This document shows positions 13,319 through 28,555 of a stretch of DNA of 64,000 bases, one piece after another. Position numbers and translations under genes: made by a program. This stretch comes from Octopus vulgaris (taxonomy: Eukaryota): contig OX597820.1 in NCBI GenBank assembly GCA_951406725.2, positions 78,368,001 through 78,432,000 on the forward strand, read 5' to 3'. The notes beneath the pieces are model-generated. The model was given only the letters and a program-made list of their open reading frames with translations. It had not been told where the DNA came from and ran no database searches. Positions within the stretch are counted from its first letter, which is position 1. The number at the start of each line of letters is the position of its first letter.

Positions 13319-14148
13319 AGGGAGAGAGAGAGTGAGAGTGAGAGAGAGAGCATGTATGTAATATGTATGTATCTGTGTGTGTGTGTGTGTGTGTGTATCA
13401 CTACTCGAAAGGTAAGTGGAATATTATTGAAGTAAATACGTTTAGCTCCGACAGAGAGAAACCTCCTGCAAAATATATGACTTGACATCAGTCAACTAAT
13501 AACTTCCTGACTAAGCTACGTTCCTGTTTCTACAGAAAAAAAAAAGAATATGTGAATTCTCCATCGATTTCAAAATTGGGTGTGGTAGTTCCAGGCATTT
13601 GATCTGCTTACTTATTAAATTATAAAGCAGCCGATTCAATATTTCACTGATATTTGTAATTATTTTCATCATAGCATAGTGTTCAAACTGAATCAGATTA
13701 ATACAGTGTACGACTAGGATTCCCGTTTATATTCCACGGGCAGTGATCCGGACAGGTGTCCACCAAATCAATTTCACTCCCAACAAACACACACACTTTC
13801 GCTAATGTTGCCCCTTTAACTTAACGCTGATTGGTCAGTCTCTCTCGTTTATTGATACTTTACATCACTGACTGAATTGATTGAAGCAACTTGAAGTAAA
13901 GTGCATTGCTTAAGGGCACGATTCCTGTACTTGATTTGGAATCGAGACAGTAACCTACCTCCTCATCGAGAACTTAGTTGCCGAACCACCAGGTTATGTG
14001 GCTTCTGAGAGTCTATGCTTGTATGTATTTACACACACACACACACACACACACACTCAAACATCCACACAAACGCACGTATATATACATATATATATAT
14101 ATACATGTATATATATATATATATGTATATATACGTGCGTGTATATAT

Positions 14149-14179
<31 letters not shown>

Positions 14180-14180
14180 C

Positions 14181-15062
<882 letters not shown>

Positions 15063-15130
15063 TACATACATACATACATACATACATACATACATACATA
15101 CATACATACATGTATACATACATACATATA

Positions 15131-16213
15131 CACAGACATAGCAGAAGTAGATACCCATAAAACATTGATAGCACATTGTTTTGTTTATTCTAACGCGAAA
15201 AGATTTGTAGTTTTTATTAATTGACATTTTTTATGTTTGAGGTTCTGTATGTGTATGTTTAATCATACCATTTACAAAACAAGCCTTGGAACTGCCTGAA
15301 TTTCAAAGAGGTCGTATTGCGGGATCCCGCTTTCTACAGTTAATAGGGTGAGTACGCAATTCACCAGAGAGGGGAAGAAGTCCACATCACCTCACCCTGA
15401 TCAACGAAGGACCTCTGACAGAGCCCTTCTATTTGTTAAGTGAAGTGTGGAGGATAATCCTCCTTGCAAGGCCTCTGACATATCAGTGCAGCTGTCAGGT
15501 ATCTCCACAAACGTGGTTGTTGTGGAGGAGCAGCAAGTAGGAAGCCACTTCTTCGACCAGCCAACATCCTGCCAGTGGTTAAGTGTGGGTCGGGAGACTC
15601 TGTGATCAGGAATTTGATGTGAAAAGATTGCAGCCAACAGTGAAACACGGCAGCTATTCTGTGATGGTCTGGGGAGCAATTTAGAGCAATGGTTGATCAG
15701 AGCTGGTGGAGTGTGAAGGAAACATAAACTAAGGTAAATATGTGTCCATATTGCAGGAAGAATTACTTCCAATCTTCTCCGGGGGTGAAAGACGACTCTT
15801 TATTTATGAGAGATGAGACTCCTTGTCACGGCTAAAGTGACCACAAATTTGGTGGATGAGAATGCCATTAAAAAGCTTCCATTATCAAGCAAGTCACCAG
15901 ATATGAATCCTATTGAACACCTCGGGGACATAATGGACAGGAAACTTCATAAAAAGAACAAGAAAGCATCTTCAAAGCCAGATCTTTTGAGATTACTGCA
16001 AGAAACTCGGCAAGAAATTCCCCGAGAGAATATTTGTCAACTGATCAGTAAGATGCGTAAGAGGATCCTTGCATTCAAAAATGCAAAGGGAATGTCGACT
16101 AAATATTAAATATTCACATTATAACAATTAATAAATTATTTGAATGTATAATTTCAGATTTAAATAAATTCTAATAATTATAAAGGTGTTTATTTACTTC
16201 TGTCACGTCTGTG
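15131..16213 (+). mobile_element. Decayed Tc1 (DD34E) transposon
   Basis: TIRs CACAGACATAGCAGAAGTA / TACTTCTGTCACGTCTGTG with TA flanks; ORF 15813..16109 has SKSPDMNPIEHL...AKGMSTKY. Confidence 0.85.
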
Positions 16214-16224
16214 TATATTCACAT

Positions 16225-16257
<33 letters not shown>

Positions 16258-16330
16258 GATACGTAAATGTCGAACGATGATAATGAGTGTTCAACACCGC
16301 ATTGGTGGATATAATTTCTTTGTGAATTAA

Positions 16331-16395
16331 GGCTACCAATGGTTTCATATTAAGAAAACTAGGAAAGTATCCCAGTGTCTTAATTTCTCAACGCG
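16331..16395 (-). ncRNA. Eroded hammerhead-like motif in a short cassette between (TA)n tracts
   Basis: GCGTTGAGA-A-[ATTAAGACACTGGGA/TACTT/TCCTAGTTTTCTTAAT]-AT-GAAAC-CATTG-GTA; CUGANGA box damaged. Confidence 0.4.
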
Positions 16396-16474
16396 ATCAC
16401 ATGGAGATAGGTGTTCGTGCACAATTTGTAAAACACAGCCTGTTTTCATATATATATATATATATATATCCATG

Positions 16475-16520
<46 letters not shown>

Positions 16521-16534
16521 AGTGTGTGTGTGTG

Positions 16535-16569
<35 letters not shown>

Positions 16570-16702
16570 GTATTTATTTATTTATTCATATATATATATA
16601 TATAAGCAATATCCAACACACACTTTATGCATGTATGTTCTTTTGTTCTCAGGTCGACTCCGATTCGAATCATTTGAGAGGAGCGACGAGACAACTCACG
16701 AA

Positions 16703-16969
16703 AGGAGCGATAGGCATCGATGTTCCGTCATTTTTGTGATTTATCAATATCACACACTCGAACTGAGCCCAAGGCAAAGTGATGTCCTTCGCTCATAAAC
16801 GGGACGCAAGGTGAGTTGTCTCGCCCGTCCATGATTGACCTTCATGTGTTTTAACAGCTGGTGCTTTGTGAGTCATCTCCAATGCGTCGAATAGCAGCTA
16901 TGGGTTCGGTTCGGGTACATGATGTTAATAAGTCACACAAATGACGAAACATCGATGTCCATCACTCCT
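16703..16969. repeat. 69-bp ungapped inverted repeat (16703-16771 / 16901-16969)
   Basis: 55 of 69 positions identical by manual alignment. Confidence 0.8.
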
Positions 16970-17044
16970 GAATGAGGCGTAAGGAGAGTTGTTTCACCTG
17001 TTCACGACTAGTGTTTAACTGGTGTTTAACAGCCAGCGTTTTGA

Positions 17045-17940
17045 GGAAGTCAAATTAGCTGCCCAGCAGATGTTAACATAAAGCTGAAAAGGAGAACACC
17101 TATGATGAACTATTGCGAAATCTACAGTTAATCTATCCAGATTACAAGTCTAGGTTTATACCTGCAACTATTGGGGCCCTGGGATAAATACCAATTTTGT
17201 GAAACAGGGTCTCTCAGGACCAGAAAAGAGAAAGAAGACTACAGATCCAATCCATCACTGGAACTGTAAAAGTCTGTAAAACTTTCCAGAAGTTTATCAT
17301 TTAAATATATATGAGCCTGTCTAGATATGTAGCTATATGCATGAGAATACATACATATAGCATACAAATCTTCACATACATACATACGTACACGCAAACA
17401 AATGTACCCTATTGTTGATGTTGAAATTTCAATGAAGGAGCCTTGGATCTAGATTAGAAACCGGTTCTTTCTCTATTGGCAAGAAATCTTGAAATAAATC
17501 TGAACACTGATATACATACATAATGAGCTATTCACAGTAACATCGATCATGAAAGCAGTTTATCATGGCCGAATAGCCGGATTACTACCTCCCACTTTGA
17601 AGGGTATGCGTTTGAAATCTAGGAACAGGAAATATTAACCAAGTACCTGATTCACACAAGGGATAGAGATGCAGGAAAAGCAGTAGAAAATAACAACCGA
17701 GGCAGGCTTTGTAGAGTTCACACTGAAGATATCACTCACATTACAAGCAGTTGTCAGAAAATATATATGAGCATGTCAAGATATATAACTATATGCATGA
17801 GAATACATATATAAAACATACAAATATGCACACATACGTACATACATACAAAAATACCCTGTTGTTAAAGTTGAAATTCCAATGAAAGAGACTTGGACCT
17901 AGGTTAGAAACCAGTTCTTGAAATAACCTAAATAACGACA
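17045..17940 (+). mobile_element. Two tandem 3' fragments of an R4/Dong-like RLE retrotransposon
   Basis: ISCPADVN..EKENTYDELLRNL..FIPATIGALG..VKVCKTFQKFII*; second copy has a degenerate CCHC (RLCRVHTEDITHITSSC); shared 3' UTR ends at CATA repeats. Confidence 0.8.
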
Positions 17941-17985
17941 TACATACATGCAAGAATGCCTATATTTACGTGGACACATATGCCT

Positions 17986-18034
<49 letters not shown>

Positions 18035-18633
18035 TAAACCCAAAATTGAAATCTATCAAACCGTAAACAGATGCAGTGTGATCCAGTAAGGAATAGAATT
18101 GGACAACTAATCACGTAACACATGACTTGTAACCCCACTTGGCTAAGTACATTCACAACTTGGCAAACACCATGATTCTTCTAAAATTTATACGTTATTT
18201 TAGTCCTACGAAATGTATTCTTGAGATAAGAAGTTTTAAGACAGATATTAATGATATTTTCCTAATATAGAAATGAAGTGGAATTTGCTTGCAGTCAGAG
18301 TGAATACACTTTGTGACTTTCAGCTCTATTTTATAATGTTTTTGACCTAACCGTTGACACAAGACAAATAAAATTTGAAAATAGTCGTACTTGTCTGTGC
18401 GCGCGTGTGAGTTTGTGTGTATGTCTGTGACTGTCTGTCCGTCTGTCTGCCTGTGCGGTTGTGGTGGGGGGAATGAAGACAGAAAGTTAGAATGGACTAA
18501 TACGGATGGGAGACTTGCGCCTCTGCATACTTCATTAAATTTTTGTTTATTGCAACTTATTTCAAGAAAACACGTAAACCTATGTTTTCGCACACATAAC
18601 CCTATGCAGACACAAACACAGGCATTCATCAAT

Positions 18634-18670
<37 letters not shown>

Positions 18671-18694
18671 CACTCATATATATATAGGTATAGA

Positions 18695-18850
18695 CGTGGC
18701 TGTGTGGTAAGGAATTTGCTTCCGAACCACATGATTCCGGGTCCTTCCTAATGTTTAGTAACTTGAAAAAGTGTCTTCTACTATATAGCCACGAGCCGAC
18801 CAAAGACTAGAGAGTGAATTCGGTAGACTGAAACTGAAAGAAGCCTGCCC
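18695..18850 (+). mobile_element. SINE-A head
   Basis: GTGGCTGTGTGGTAAG...AAACTGAAAGAAGCC. Confidence 0.75.
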
Positions 18851-18968
18851 TATGTTTGTGTGTGTGTGTGTGTGTGTGTATCAGTGTGTGTATGTGTCTG
18901 TAAATGTGTATCGATGTGTATCTGTGTTTGTGTAGGTCTGTGCAAGTGTCTGTATACACGCAAACACA

Positions 18969-19025
<57 letters not shown>

Positions 19026-19202
19026 TTTATCTATAAGTGTATATGTAGAGATGTATAGATATATATATATACATGCATGATCTTATATTATTTTATGCAT
19101 TTCATCCTAGAGACTGTGGACATGCTGGAGCACTGCCAGTATCACTATGTTTTCAATGGTCACTCCTATGTACTTGGTTTTTGGATGCAGGTGTTTAATA
19201 TT

Positions 19203-19435
19203 TATTTCATTATTGCCCAGAGGGGGATTAAAAGGGAGGGGACAAACAAGGATAGACAAAAGGATTAAGTCGATTACATCGACCCCAGTGCGTAACTTAT
19301 ACTTGTTTAATCAACCCCAAAAGGATGAAAGGCAAAGTCGACCTCAAATGAATTTGCCCTCAGAACGTAACGGCAGACGAAATACCGCTAAGTATTTTGC
19401 CCGGCGTGCTAACGATTCAGCCAGATCGACGCCGT
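19203..19435 (-). mobile_element. tRNA-derived SINE family B
   Basis: Central GTCGACTTTGCCTTTCATCCTTT (Meta/MESC-like domain); flanking GTTTAATATT duplication. Confidence 0.8.
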
Positions 19436-19479
19436 AAGAGTTTAATATTACTGCCGTCGTTTGAATTTCTTATCCTGAG

Positions 19480-20980
19480 ATTGGCCCATCAGGGATCATG
19501 GGTACCCGAGGGTCATCTACTCTCCTCCTCCCATTCCATATAGATCTCTCAGTTTTTTTTAGTAAGATATTAATTAGCCATGTGCCTTTGAATCTCAAGC
19601 TATTTCAGTACCTAGTCATTACTGTAGACAGAATGGACGAGTCCTTTGAAATAGCACAGTGGCCTCCTGTTAGAAGTCCATTATAACTCTCGATGATAAA
19701 ATTTGTTTCCTGTCCTTCCATATGTATATCATTGCATATCTCTGCCATCTTCGATCCAGTGAGTAGAGTGGTAATATTTTCAGTCTCTCCCAGTAAATCA
19801 ACTGTTTCATTGATGCAACTGCCTTCCGGTGTTAAATTGAAACTATGGTGCGTCCATGTTGAAATCAACAATCCAGACGGTTAAGAGTGGATGGCTATAT
19901 AACTGACGGCATGTCTGAGATGGCTCCAAGACTGTTCCCTGAGGCGCTCCACTCACGGTTAATTAATGTCTCCTTGGAGAGGGCTCCTAAGCTGACACAG
20001 TCTGACTTCAATTTTTCTTTTTCATTTTTTTTAAGAAGCCATGTAACTACTCGCCTTCTTTTCGAATTATGCCGAGTCTCTGGAACTTGTAACATGTCAT
20101 CCGATGAACCACCTCATCAGCAACCTTTGCAATATCTAAATATATCAAACCAACGTTTGGGTGATTCATAAGTTACTTCAACACCCAGTCATAATGCATC
20201 ATAAGGGCGTAAGATAGCTTCCTCCATAGAAGCCATGTTTGTTGTCAGGAAGAGAATCATTTTTTGTCAGGGAACAAATTCCTTCAGGCAATGCGTTCCA
20301 TGACTCTGCTGGTATGGGATGTTAAAGACCCAGGCCATTTGTTTTTATCATTTGTTCTGCTTCCTCCTATATGGACAGGACACATCATGCTTTTCTTCTA
20401 ATATATTTTTGGGACGCCTAGCTTTTAGGAAGTCTAGCGCTTGCAATGATACTTTGAAAAAGGATCTGCAGTGTTCTTGTTAAAGCCCCTTTGCATTTTG
20501 TAGGACGATTGCCGGGAACCTATCAGGGACTATGGCTGATATAACATCAGTGTCATGCATCTTGGAATAATCGATAATTATCATGCCTTTTTGTAGAGTT
20601 ATTGTGTCAAAGAACTCGATCGGTATATTTATTTGAAAGTATCCCAATGAAGATGCGAAAATACTTTTGAAATGCATATTCCGTATTTCACTTGTCCTTT
20701 GAGGGTTCTACAGTCAGTGAACCATTTTCTGCGAACAATGGTTCTACCTTGCACCATGTTGAAGCATACGTTTTTGCAAATCTATAGAATACTTTAGTAG
20801 TCTTCACCTTACTACAGCTCGGGCTTCTTTTTCTGCTCTCTCCTTTAAATGAGAGTATTTGAATTCACTTTTAATATCAAAATGTTCTTTTGAGATAGGA
20901 TACTTCAATGGCTCATTTAGGCTCATTAGATCAGAGAATTTTTGTTAGTCGTCTCATTATAATTTTATCTCCAGAATTAT
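19480..20980 (-). mobile_element. Decayed CR1/L2-group LINE RT region
   Basis: Minus strand encodes SLTSHTSRVMERI, KHGF, HYDWVLK, IYLDIAK and SGAPQGTVLEP across frameshifts. Confidence 0.8.
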
Positions 20981-21259
20981 GGTTTTCTATCGGTTTCACA
21001 TTCTCTCTGAAGCAGACCTACTGCATATATTTTGCTTGATTATCATATCCATTGTAACTTTATGTGCTCCAGTGTGGCCGCGGTCAAATAACTGAAACAA
21101 GTAAAAGAATAAAAAATAAGGGCCAGATTTATTCCAGTTCCTATTCCAGTTATATTCTACTATGTTATGACCCGCGAAAATCGTTGGTATCACTTTAACA
21201 CTATGGATAGGAGAGAGAACGACCGTGGGATTGCACAAGGCCAGCAGTCGCTGAAACAT

Positions 21260-21482
21260 ACCAGTCTCCCCTCACCACACCACTGATGTTATCCAAGGGA
21301 TAGGCAAGGGCCGATACAGCTTGGAACCAGTGATGTCGCAACTCATTTCTACAGCTGAGTTAACCGGAAAAACGTGAAATAAAGTGTCTTGATCAAGAAC
21401 ACAACACGCAGCCCAGTCTAGGAATCGAACACACGACCTCACGATCGTAAGCTCGACGATCTAACCAATGAGCCATGCGCCT
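21260..21482 (-). mobile_element. tRNA-derived SINE family C
   Basis: GGCGCATGGCTCATTGGTTAGA...GTTCGATTCC...TTGTGTTCTTGATCAAGACACTT...CAGCTGTAGAAATGAG. Confidence 0.8.
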
Positions 21483-21656
21483 TCACACTATCGATAAAGC
21501 GCCTTGTTATTTGTGAATCAGAGCCGCAGGAGATTTGCTTTATGTAAAGCATAGTTGTGGGATCGATCTAATCGACTAACTGGTCCCCTCCTCCAAAATT
21601 TCGGGCCTTGTGCCTATAGTAGAAAAGATTATTATTATTATTATTATTATTATTAA

Positions 21657-22090
21657 AGCGGCGAGCTGGCAGAATCGTTAGCATGCTGGGCGAAATGCTT
21701 ACTGGTATTTCGTCTGCCGCTACGTTCTGAGTTCAAATTCCGCCGAGGTCGACTTTGCCTTTCATCCTTTCGGGGTCGATTAAATAAGTACCAGTTACGC
21801 ACTGGGGTCGATATAATCAACTTAATCCGTTTGTCTGTCCTTGTTTTTCCTCTCTGTGTTTAGCCCCTTGTGGGTTGTAAAAAAATAGGTATTTAAAGGC
21901 GGCGAGCTGGCAGAATCGTTACCGGTATTTCGTCTGCCTCTACGTTCTGAGTTCAAATTTTGCCGAGGTCAACTTTGCCTTTCATCCTATCGGGTTCGAT
22001 AAAGTAAGTACCAGTAGCATACTGGGATCGATCTAATCGACTTGTCCCCTCCCCCAAAATTTCGGGCCCTGTGCCAAGAGTAGAAAAGAA
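21657..22090 (+). mobile_element. Head-to-tail pair of SINE-B copies with different tails
   Basis: GCGGCGAGCTGGCAGAATCGTT heads at ~21658 and ~21899. Confidence 0.85.
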
Positions 22091-22882
22091 TATGTAATAT
22101 CAGTGTGTCACAGACTGTGTTAAAGTGGTAGCAACAACACAACAGGCATGTTGTCTTGTTTGATGTACATCGTAACTACAAAATAAGTTCTTTCATTCCT
22201 CTCAGTTCCAAATGCAACGTTCGGCGATATGCGTATTTGTGTATTTGCTATGTCAATAATCAGATACGTTTCTGTTAGTGCCCTTCATACTAGCTTCCTT
22301 ACGCTTCTTGGCACAATTTACAAAGATGCCTGCTGGTTAGCTGCTACTGCCCGCACTGTGTCTCTGTATTGCTTTGTTTTGGAAACAATAATTGGAACAT
22401 CCACATATTTCCAAGATGGAGACGGTATGTGTTATGACTTTATATTGTACGCCTGTCGATCCTGATAGCGCCTGTTCCTTCGGGAGCAATTCTGTCGGGG
22501 ACTGAAGTGAGAAAAAAAGAGCACCGTCCGTACATGTCTTGGGAGGAGCAACCCGCAGCCTGCACCCTGGTCTCTCTCCCAGCAGATTCTGTATATAAAG
22601 AACATTCAGACTACTTGGGTTTTCTTTTCCCCGGGACATTTATTTTCGTGAGTTCTACTTTCTTTTATCTTTGCACAAACTTTTGAGCAACGGTCACCTT
22701 CAGCTCGTTCCGATTGCTTTTGTCCTCATCTTTGTATTCTTTGGCTCTTCCTAGAGGCTTTTAGATTTTGCTGCAGGTGTTTTCCTTCGGTTTAAAGTTG
22801 ACCAGAGTGGTGGTTATACTGTCTGTTTTGTTCCCTTCCCTCACATCATCACTTTGACCTTCTCAGATTTCTTTCTCAGATT

Positions 22883-22930
<48 letters not shown>

Positions 22931-23089
22931 CTCTCTCTCTCTCTCCCTCTTTCTCCCTCTCTCTCTCTCTTTCTCTCTGTATGTGTGTGTGCGTGCATAT
23001 ACGTACATTCATGGTATGTCCGTCTGTGTATGAGTATGTGCGCGCGTACCTTTGAATATGCATAAATGCTAACATACATATATATATAT

Positions 23090-23475
23090 ACTAGCAGTAT
23101 CGCCCGGCGTTGCTCAGGTTTGTAAGGGAAATAACTATAAAGCATTTTTAGAGAGTTATAGCCAAAAAATAGCAAAAAAATGGAAAAAAAATGATGGTAA
23201 ATTTTTTTTGAGAGTTAAAAAAGGTAGAGTTGCGTCCCCTAGACGGTCTGTGGTTTGGGTTTCTAATTCTCGACCCCATGTCGAATTTATCGATTTTTTC
23301 AGAACTGGGGGAACTTTTCAAAATTTTCGCTGCGTTAGTTTTGAATTATGACATTGGGCTATGTGTGTGTCAAGTTTCATCAGAATCGGTTGAAAGCCGT
23401 GGTCAGAGTGAGGGTACGAGAAAACAGACACACAGAAACACGCACAGACAAACTGCCGTTTATATAGAGAGAGAT
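23090..23475 (+). mobile_element. Helentron-associated interspersed element (HINE/DINE-like)
   Basis: ACTAG start with CCCGGCGTTGCTCAGG hairpin, AAGTTTCATCAGAATCGG core, CAGA-type repeat and TTTATATAGAGAGAGAT end. Confidence 0.7.
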
Positions 23476-24608
23476 ATATGTGTGTGTGTGTGTGTGTGTG
23501 TATGTATATAAAATATATTTCTGTGTGTATACGTGCGTTTGTATATGAATGTAGATCTTTATTACGGTTATAGTTATGTGTTTCAGTTACACAGTAGCCC
23601 ACCTGAATCTTTTCTCGTCTAATTACTTCGAATTCAAGATTATATCAGCAGTTACATCCATGTCTCGTTTTGTTATTTTCATTTTCTCTTTCTTTTGGCC
23701 TTTTTTTTTTCGGTGGGGTGTTTCTTTCTTGTTTTTCCTAATTTCGCTTTCAATATTTATTCAATTTTAAAATTCTTTAATCTATTTTCGGTTATTTCCC
23801 AATGTTTTAAGTAAGACATTTTTCACTTCTTTACGCTGTTTCTTCGAATATCTTCCCAGCTATTCGAAGAGGAGAGGAAGTTGTTTACAATGTATAAGGC
23901 TTGACGCAGTAAAAAGAAACGGAACAAAAAGTCAAAACCATACCTATTCTTTTTTTTTTCTTTTTTTTTTCACTTTCTTGGAGTCGGAGACAAAATTTTT
24001 GTTTTTACCATTTTATTTTGTATATTTTGGCTTTGTATTTGGTATGTTTTCTTCGGCTTTTCTCTTATTGATGTTACAACATTCGTCGTACGACTAAGGT
24101 TGTTGTTGCTGCGATTGCTTTTCATTTTTGTTCCTTCATGCTGTCTCCAGTTTGTCGCGTTTTTTTTTCATTCTTATTCTTTTGATATACTGAATTCTTT
24201 TGAATATTACACTTCAACTATTTTTTCCGGCAACATTTTATACCATAGACACACTCCCAAATACATACAAACACACAAGCACACACAAACACACACTCAC
24301 ATTTTGTCCGATTAAATGAATACCAAAGCCACGTATTTATTCACTAGTATACATAGAAAACACACCCGCTGACACAAACAGGAAAACAGGTTCCTGCATA
24401 CACACACATCATATGTACGTTCGTGCCTGTGTATGTATGTAAATACATATATGCGGGTGTATGTGTGCGACTATTAATATACAAATTTATACCATATGCA
24501 CATGTATATATACGTGTATACGTATGTCTACGTGTATGCTGGTATACATGCACATACATATAAATGTAAAAACACACACATTGATACGTACACAATTATA
24601 TATGCTTG

Positions 24609-24655
<47 letters not shown>

Positions 24656-24673
24656 TGTATATACATGTATACT

Positions 24674-24713
<40 letters not shown>

Positions 24714-24795
24714 TGTAAAACCATACATGCATACATACATACATACATACATACATACATACATACATACATACATACATACATACATACATACA

Positions 24796-24826
<31 letters not shown>

Positions 24827-25389
24827 TGACGTTCTTGCCTGGCCAAGTTCGTTTTCAAAATGATATCATTATTGACAAGAGGAATCCGGTATTATTTATA
24901 TATGTTGCACCATAGATTCTACCAGATATATTCGCATTCAATATAATGTATAATATATAAATGCATAAATACAGAAATACAGAAATAGTTTTTAACTGAA
25001 TATTAAATTGAATACTTTTTTGTCATTTGAGATGTAATCTTGGATTGAATACAAAATATTATACGTGTTGTATTGTCATTCTGTTCTTATTTTCATTCAT
25101 ATAGTACAAAAATATTTATAGTAAGACGTAATTAAATACACGTCTGTAGAAAATATATTAAGATAAGTATATATTATGTTGTAACGATATCTTTCATTAT
25201 TCATTTGGATTTCACTCTTTCAATTATTGATCTGCGGCCATTTTCGAGCTGCTCCTTGTGGGTTTTTGTTGCACACATCCATCCCAGCACTTTTATGTTT
25301 GGTATTTATTCTATCGAACCACTATGCTTCGAGGACTTATATACATATATATTCTTTTATCGGTTTCACACATTTGACCGCGGCCATGC

Positions 25390-25948
25390 TGGAGCACCGC
25401 CTTTAGTCGAACAAATCGACCCCCAGGAATTATCCTTTGTAAGCCTAGTACTTATCCAATCAGACATTTTTGCAGAATCGCTAAGTTACGGGGACGGAAA
25501 CACACCAATATTGGTAGTCAATCGATGGGGGGGGACAAACACAGACACACAAACATATATACATATATCTATATATATATATATATAGTTGGAATTCACA
25601 AATAAAACCAAAAGATGAAGACGGGTATGCAAACAACAAACAGGTGTATATATTTTAACGCTCGGGAAGGTGAGAAAGTCTTTTAGGTTTCGATCCGACG
25701 CTCTTCAACAGAAAGGAACACGAGAAACTAAACAGAGAGAGAATAAAAAAAAAAAACTTTAGTGTCTAGCGATCGATCATGGCGATGGCTGGACAGTGAT
25801 GGTCATGTACCAGATCCACTCACAAGGCTTTGGTTGGCCCGAGACTATAGTAGAAGAAACTCGGCAAAGTTACCACGCAATGGGACTGAACCCGGAATCA
25901 TGTGGTTGGGATGCAAGTTTCTTACCATACTCCCACAGCTGCGCCTGT
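25390..25948 (-). mobile_element. SINE-A split by a PLE 3'-end fragment (~25588-25810)
   Basis: SINE tail 25390-25550 and head 25812-25948; the insert is homologous to 12000-12180. Confidence 0.8.
25680..25715 (-). ncRNA. Degenerate copy of the PLE hammerhead-like motif
   Basis: CTTT-CTGTTGA-A-GAGCGTCGGATC-GAAAC-CTA-AAAG. Confidence 0.55.
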
Positions 25949-26326
25949 AATATATATAATATATAAATATATTAAATATATATATATGAGTATATTTTTT
26001 ATATATTTGTGTGTGTATGTATATATATATATATATGTGTGTGTGTTTATATGTGTATGTGTGTGTGTGTGTGTGTGTGTGTATCCGAACTTCAGGTTAG
26101 TTACAATTATGTTCGTGACATATTTCAACTTCTAGAGGCAAATTCACTGCAGGTGCTTTTAAAACTATTTTTTTTTACCATATGTGAGAACTTTTTCTCC
26201 CCGATAACTGCAGTGAATTTCCTTCTTGAAGTTGAAATGTTTTCGCAAGCATATATTAACTAACTTAAAATTCCCTCATTCCTAAACACTGCTAGGCACT
26301 GATTCTGCTCTAACATATATATATAT

Positions 26327-26495
26327 AGGCGCGAGAGCGGCCGTGTGGTAAGTAGCTTGCTTAGCAGCCGCATTGTTCCGGGTTCAGTCCCATTGCGTGG
26401 CACTTTCGGCAAGTATCTTCAACTATAGCCCCGGGCCGACCAAAGCCTTGTGAGTGGGTTTGCTAGACGGAAACTGAAAGAAGCCTGTCTTATAT
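26327..26495 (+). mobile_element. SINE-A head
   Basis: GGCGCGAGAGCGGCCGTGTGGTAAG...GGGTTCAGTCCC. Confidence 0.8.
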
Positions 26496-26781
26496 ATGTA
26501 TGTGTGTGCGTGTGTGTGTGTGTATGTATGTATATATGTATGTATGTATTCCACACAATTTCCATCTGCCAAATATAATCAGAAGGCATTGGATAGCCGG
26601 GATCTATATTAAAAGACACCTCCCCACCTTTTGCAGACCAGCGTGCAGTTGCAAATATTGAATCCGAATCCGCTTGAGTTCAAAGCGAGATTTTTAACCA
26701 TACACCAATGTGTGATAATACAGTTTTGTTATTAAACAGCGCAATCATCTATCATCTTACTGAACCAAGGCAATATAGAAC

Positions 26782-27020
26782 GTATTTCTTTACTAACCAC
26801 AAGGGGCTAAACATAGAGAGGACAAACAAGGACAGACAAACGGATTAAGTCGATTACATCGACCCCAGTGCGTAACTGGTACTTAATTTATCGACCCCGA
26901 AAGGATGAAAGGCAAAGTTGACCTCGGCGGAATTTGAACTCAGAACGTAACGGCTGACGAAATACGGCTACGCATTTCGCCCGGCGTGCTAACGTTTCTG
27001 CCAGCTCACCGCCTTTATAG
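26782..27020 (-). mobile_element. SINE-B with 15-bp TSD
   Basis: AAGGCAATATAGAAC at 26767-26781 and 27021-27035. Confidence 0.9.
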
Positions 27021-27469
27021 AAGGCAATATAGAACCATTGAGTGTTCTACACAGACAAAGGGGGACCAGCTTGCTTTGGCATTAGAACTCGCCGTCTTCT
27101 GACTTCTATCCGCTATCTTAACATCTGTTATTCAGTTAGACGCTTCACCACAGCACTTCAAACTTAACATAAACTTTTATTGATTTCGCTTTCCAGTTCG
27201 TTTTATTACCCAGCTTTGTCAACATCTGTTAGGTTACATGTAAAACTTCATGTTAGGAATGCGTAGGTTTGTCGCTGTTCATGTTGTTCCTGCAGCTTGT
27301 CGTTTGAATAATGCAAACCCTCCAGGAGATATGCTGTCTCAATTATACCAGAGTACAAGAAAAAACTTCCACGGGGAATTTATATGCTCTAAATTAATTA
27401 ACAAATAGCATTTCTAGTTGAGCTTAAGAAATGAATGTTTGTGTCTTCATTTGTTATTCGTCTTTTTTA

Positions 27470-27536
<67 letters not shown>

Positions 27537-28524
27537 CCTATCTCCCTGTCTTTCTCACAACCTACTTCCCCTTTCTTTCTCGGCTGCTCTCTCTATTTCA
27601 ATCTGGCTTTTCTGTTCACTCTCCCATATATAGATTACATTCAGTATTAGATTTGTTTAAAGCTAAATTTTCTATTACTCTAGCTCGACAGTTCTGATAG
27701 CACTGGTAAATCTAATCTGTTACTGGTAATAACTAAGTGAAATTACAGCTACGGGTTTGTGTTAAGTTAATAACATTCGGTGATTAGGAAAATTCAAGAA
27801 AACTCTCGTATTGGTTCAGAGTTGTATTCCGGAGATGCGCTTCTAGAAAACAAAGTGTGAAATTATAAATTGCAGATCTGAGAATACCAGAACTTTAAGC
27901 ATAATAAGTTCATAGATTTGATTTGTTTCTCTTGTAATGTTAATGAACAACGAACGGAAATTTTTACATAATGTTTCAGCATACAAGAAATAGTTGCCAA
28001 ATCTCCCTCAATCCATATCCTACAGTTATGAGAAAGACAAATCAGATAATGTAGTTCAGAGTACATAAGCAATGCTTGAACTGAATCTGGTGCCTTTATG
28101 TTTTTAATATTGGTAAATAAGAGTAGTCTTGTGGTTAAACGATAACAGCAGCAGCACATTCATCCATCCGTCGATGCTTTCGGTGTCGGGGGTTGACCTG
28201 CTTTCTCTTCTGCGGGTCTTACGAATAGCAAAGGACCACGTTTCGAACTTCTCCCACTAGAGAGGCGCGATCTTGCAAGCTCTGGGACGAAGACCGCTTC
28301 GCTCAACAGCAACAGCAGCAGCAGCAACAACAAAGTACTGTTGGCTTCCTTGATATAGTAAACTATTAATTCTATCCTGCTAACATCGGAATGTATAGAT
28401 ATTTCTGCATTTCATATCATTTTTTTTTCATGTGACTGACAGTTTCTTTGCAGAACCATCAACGATGCTTGTACGCACGCGTGTATATACATACATTAGT
28501 GTTTGCGTATGAATATGTGTGTAT

Positions 28525-28555
<31 letters not shown>

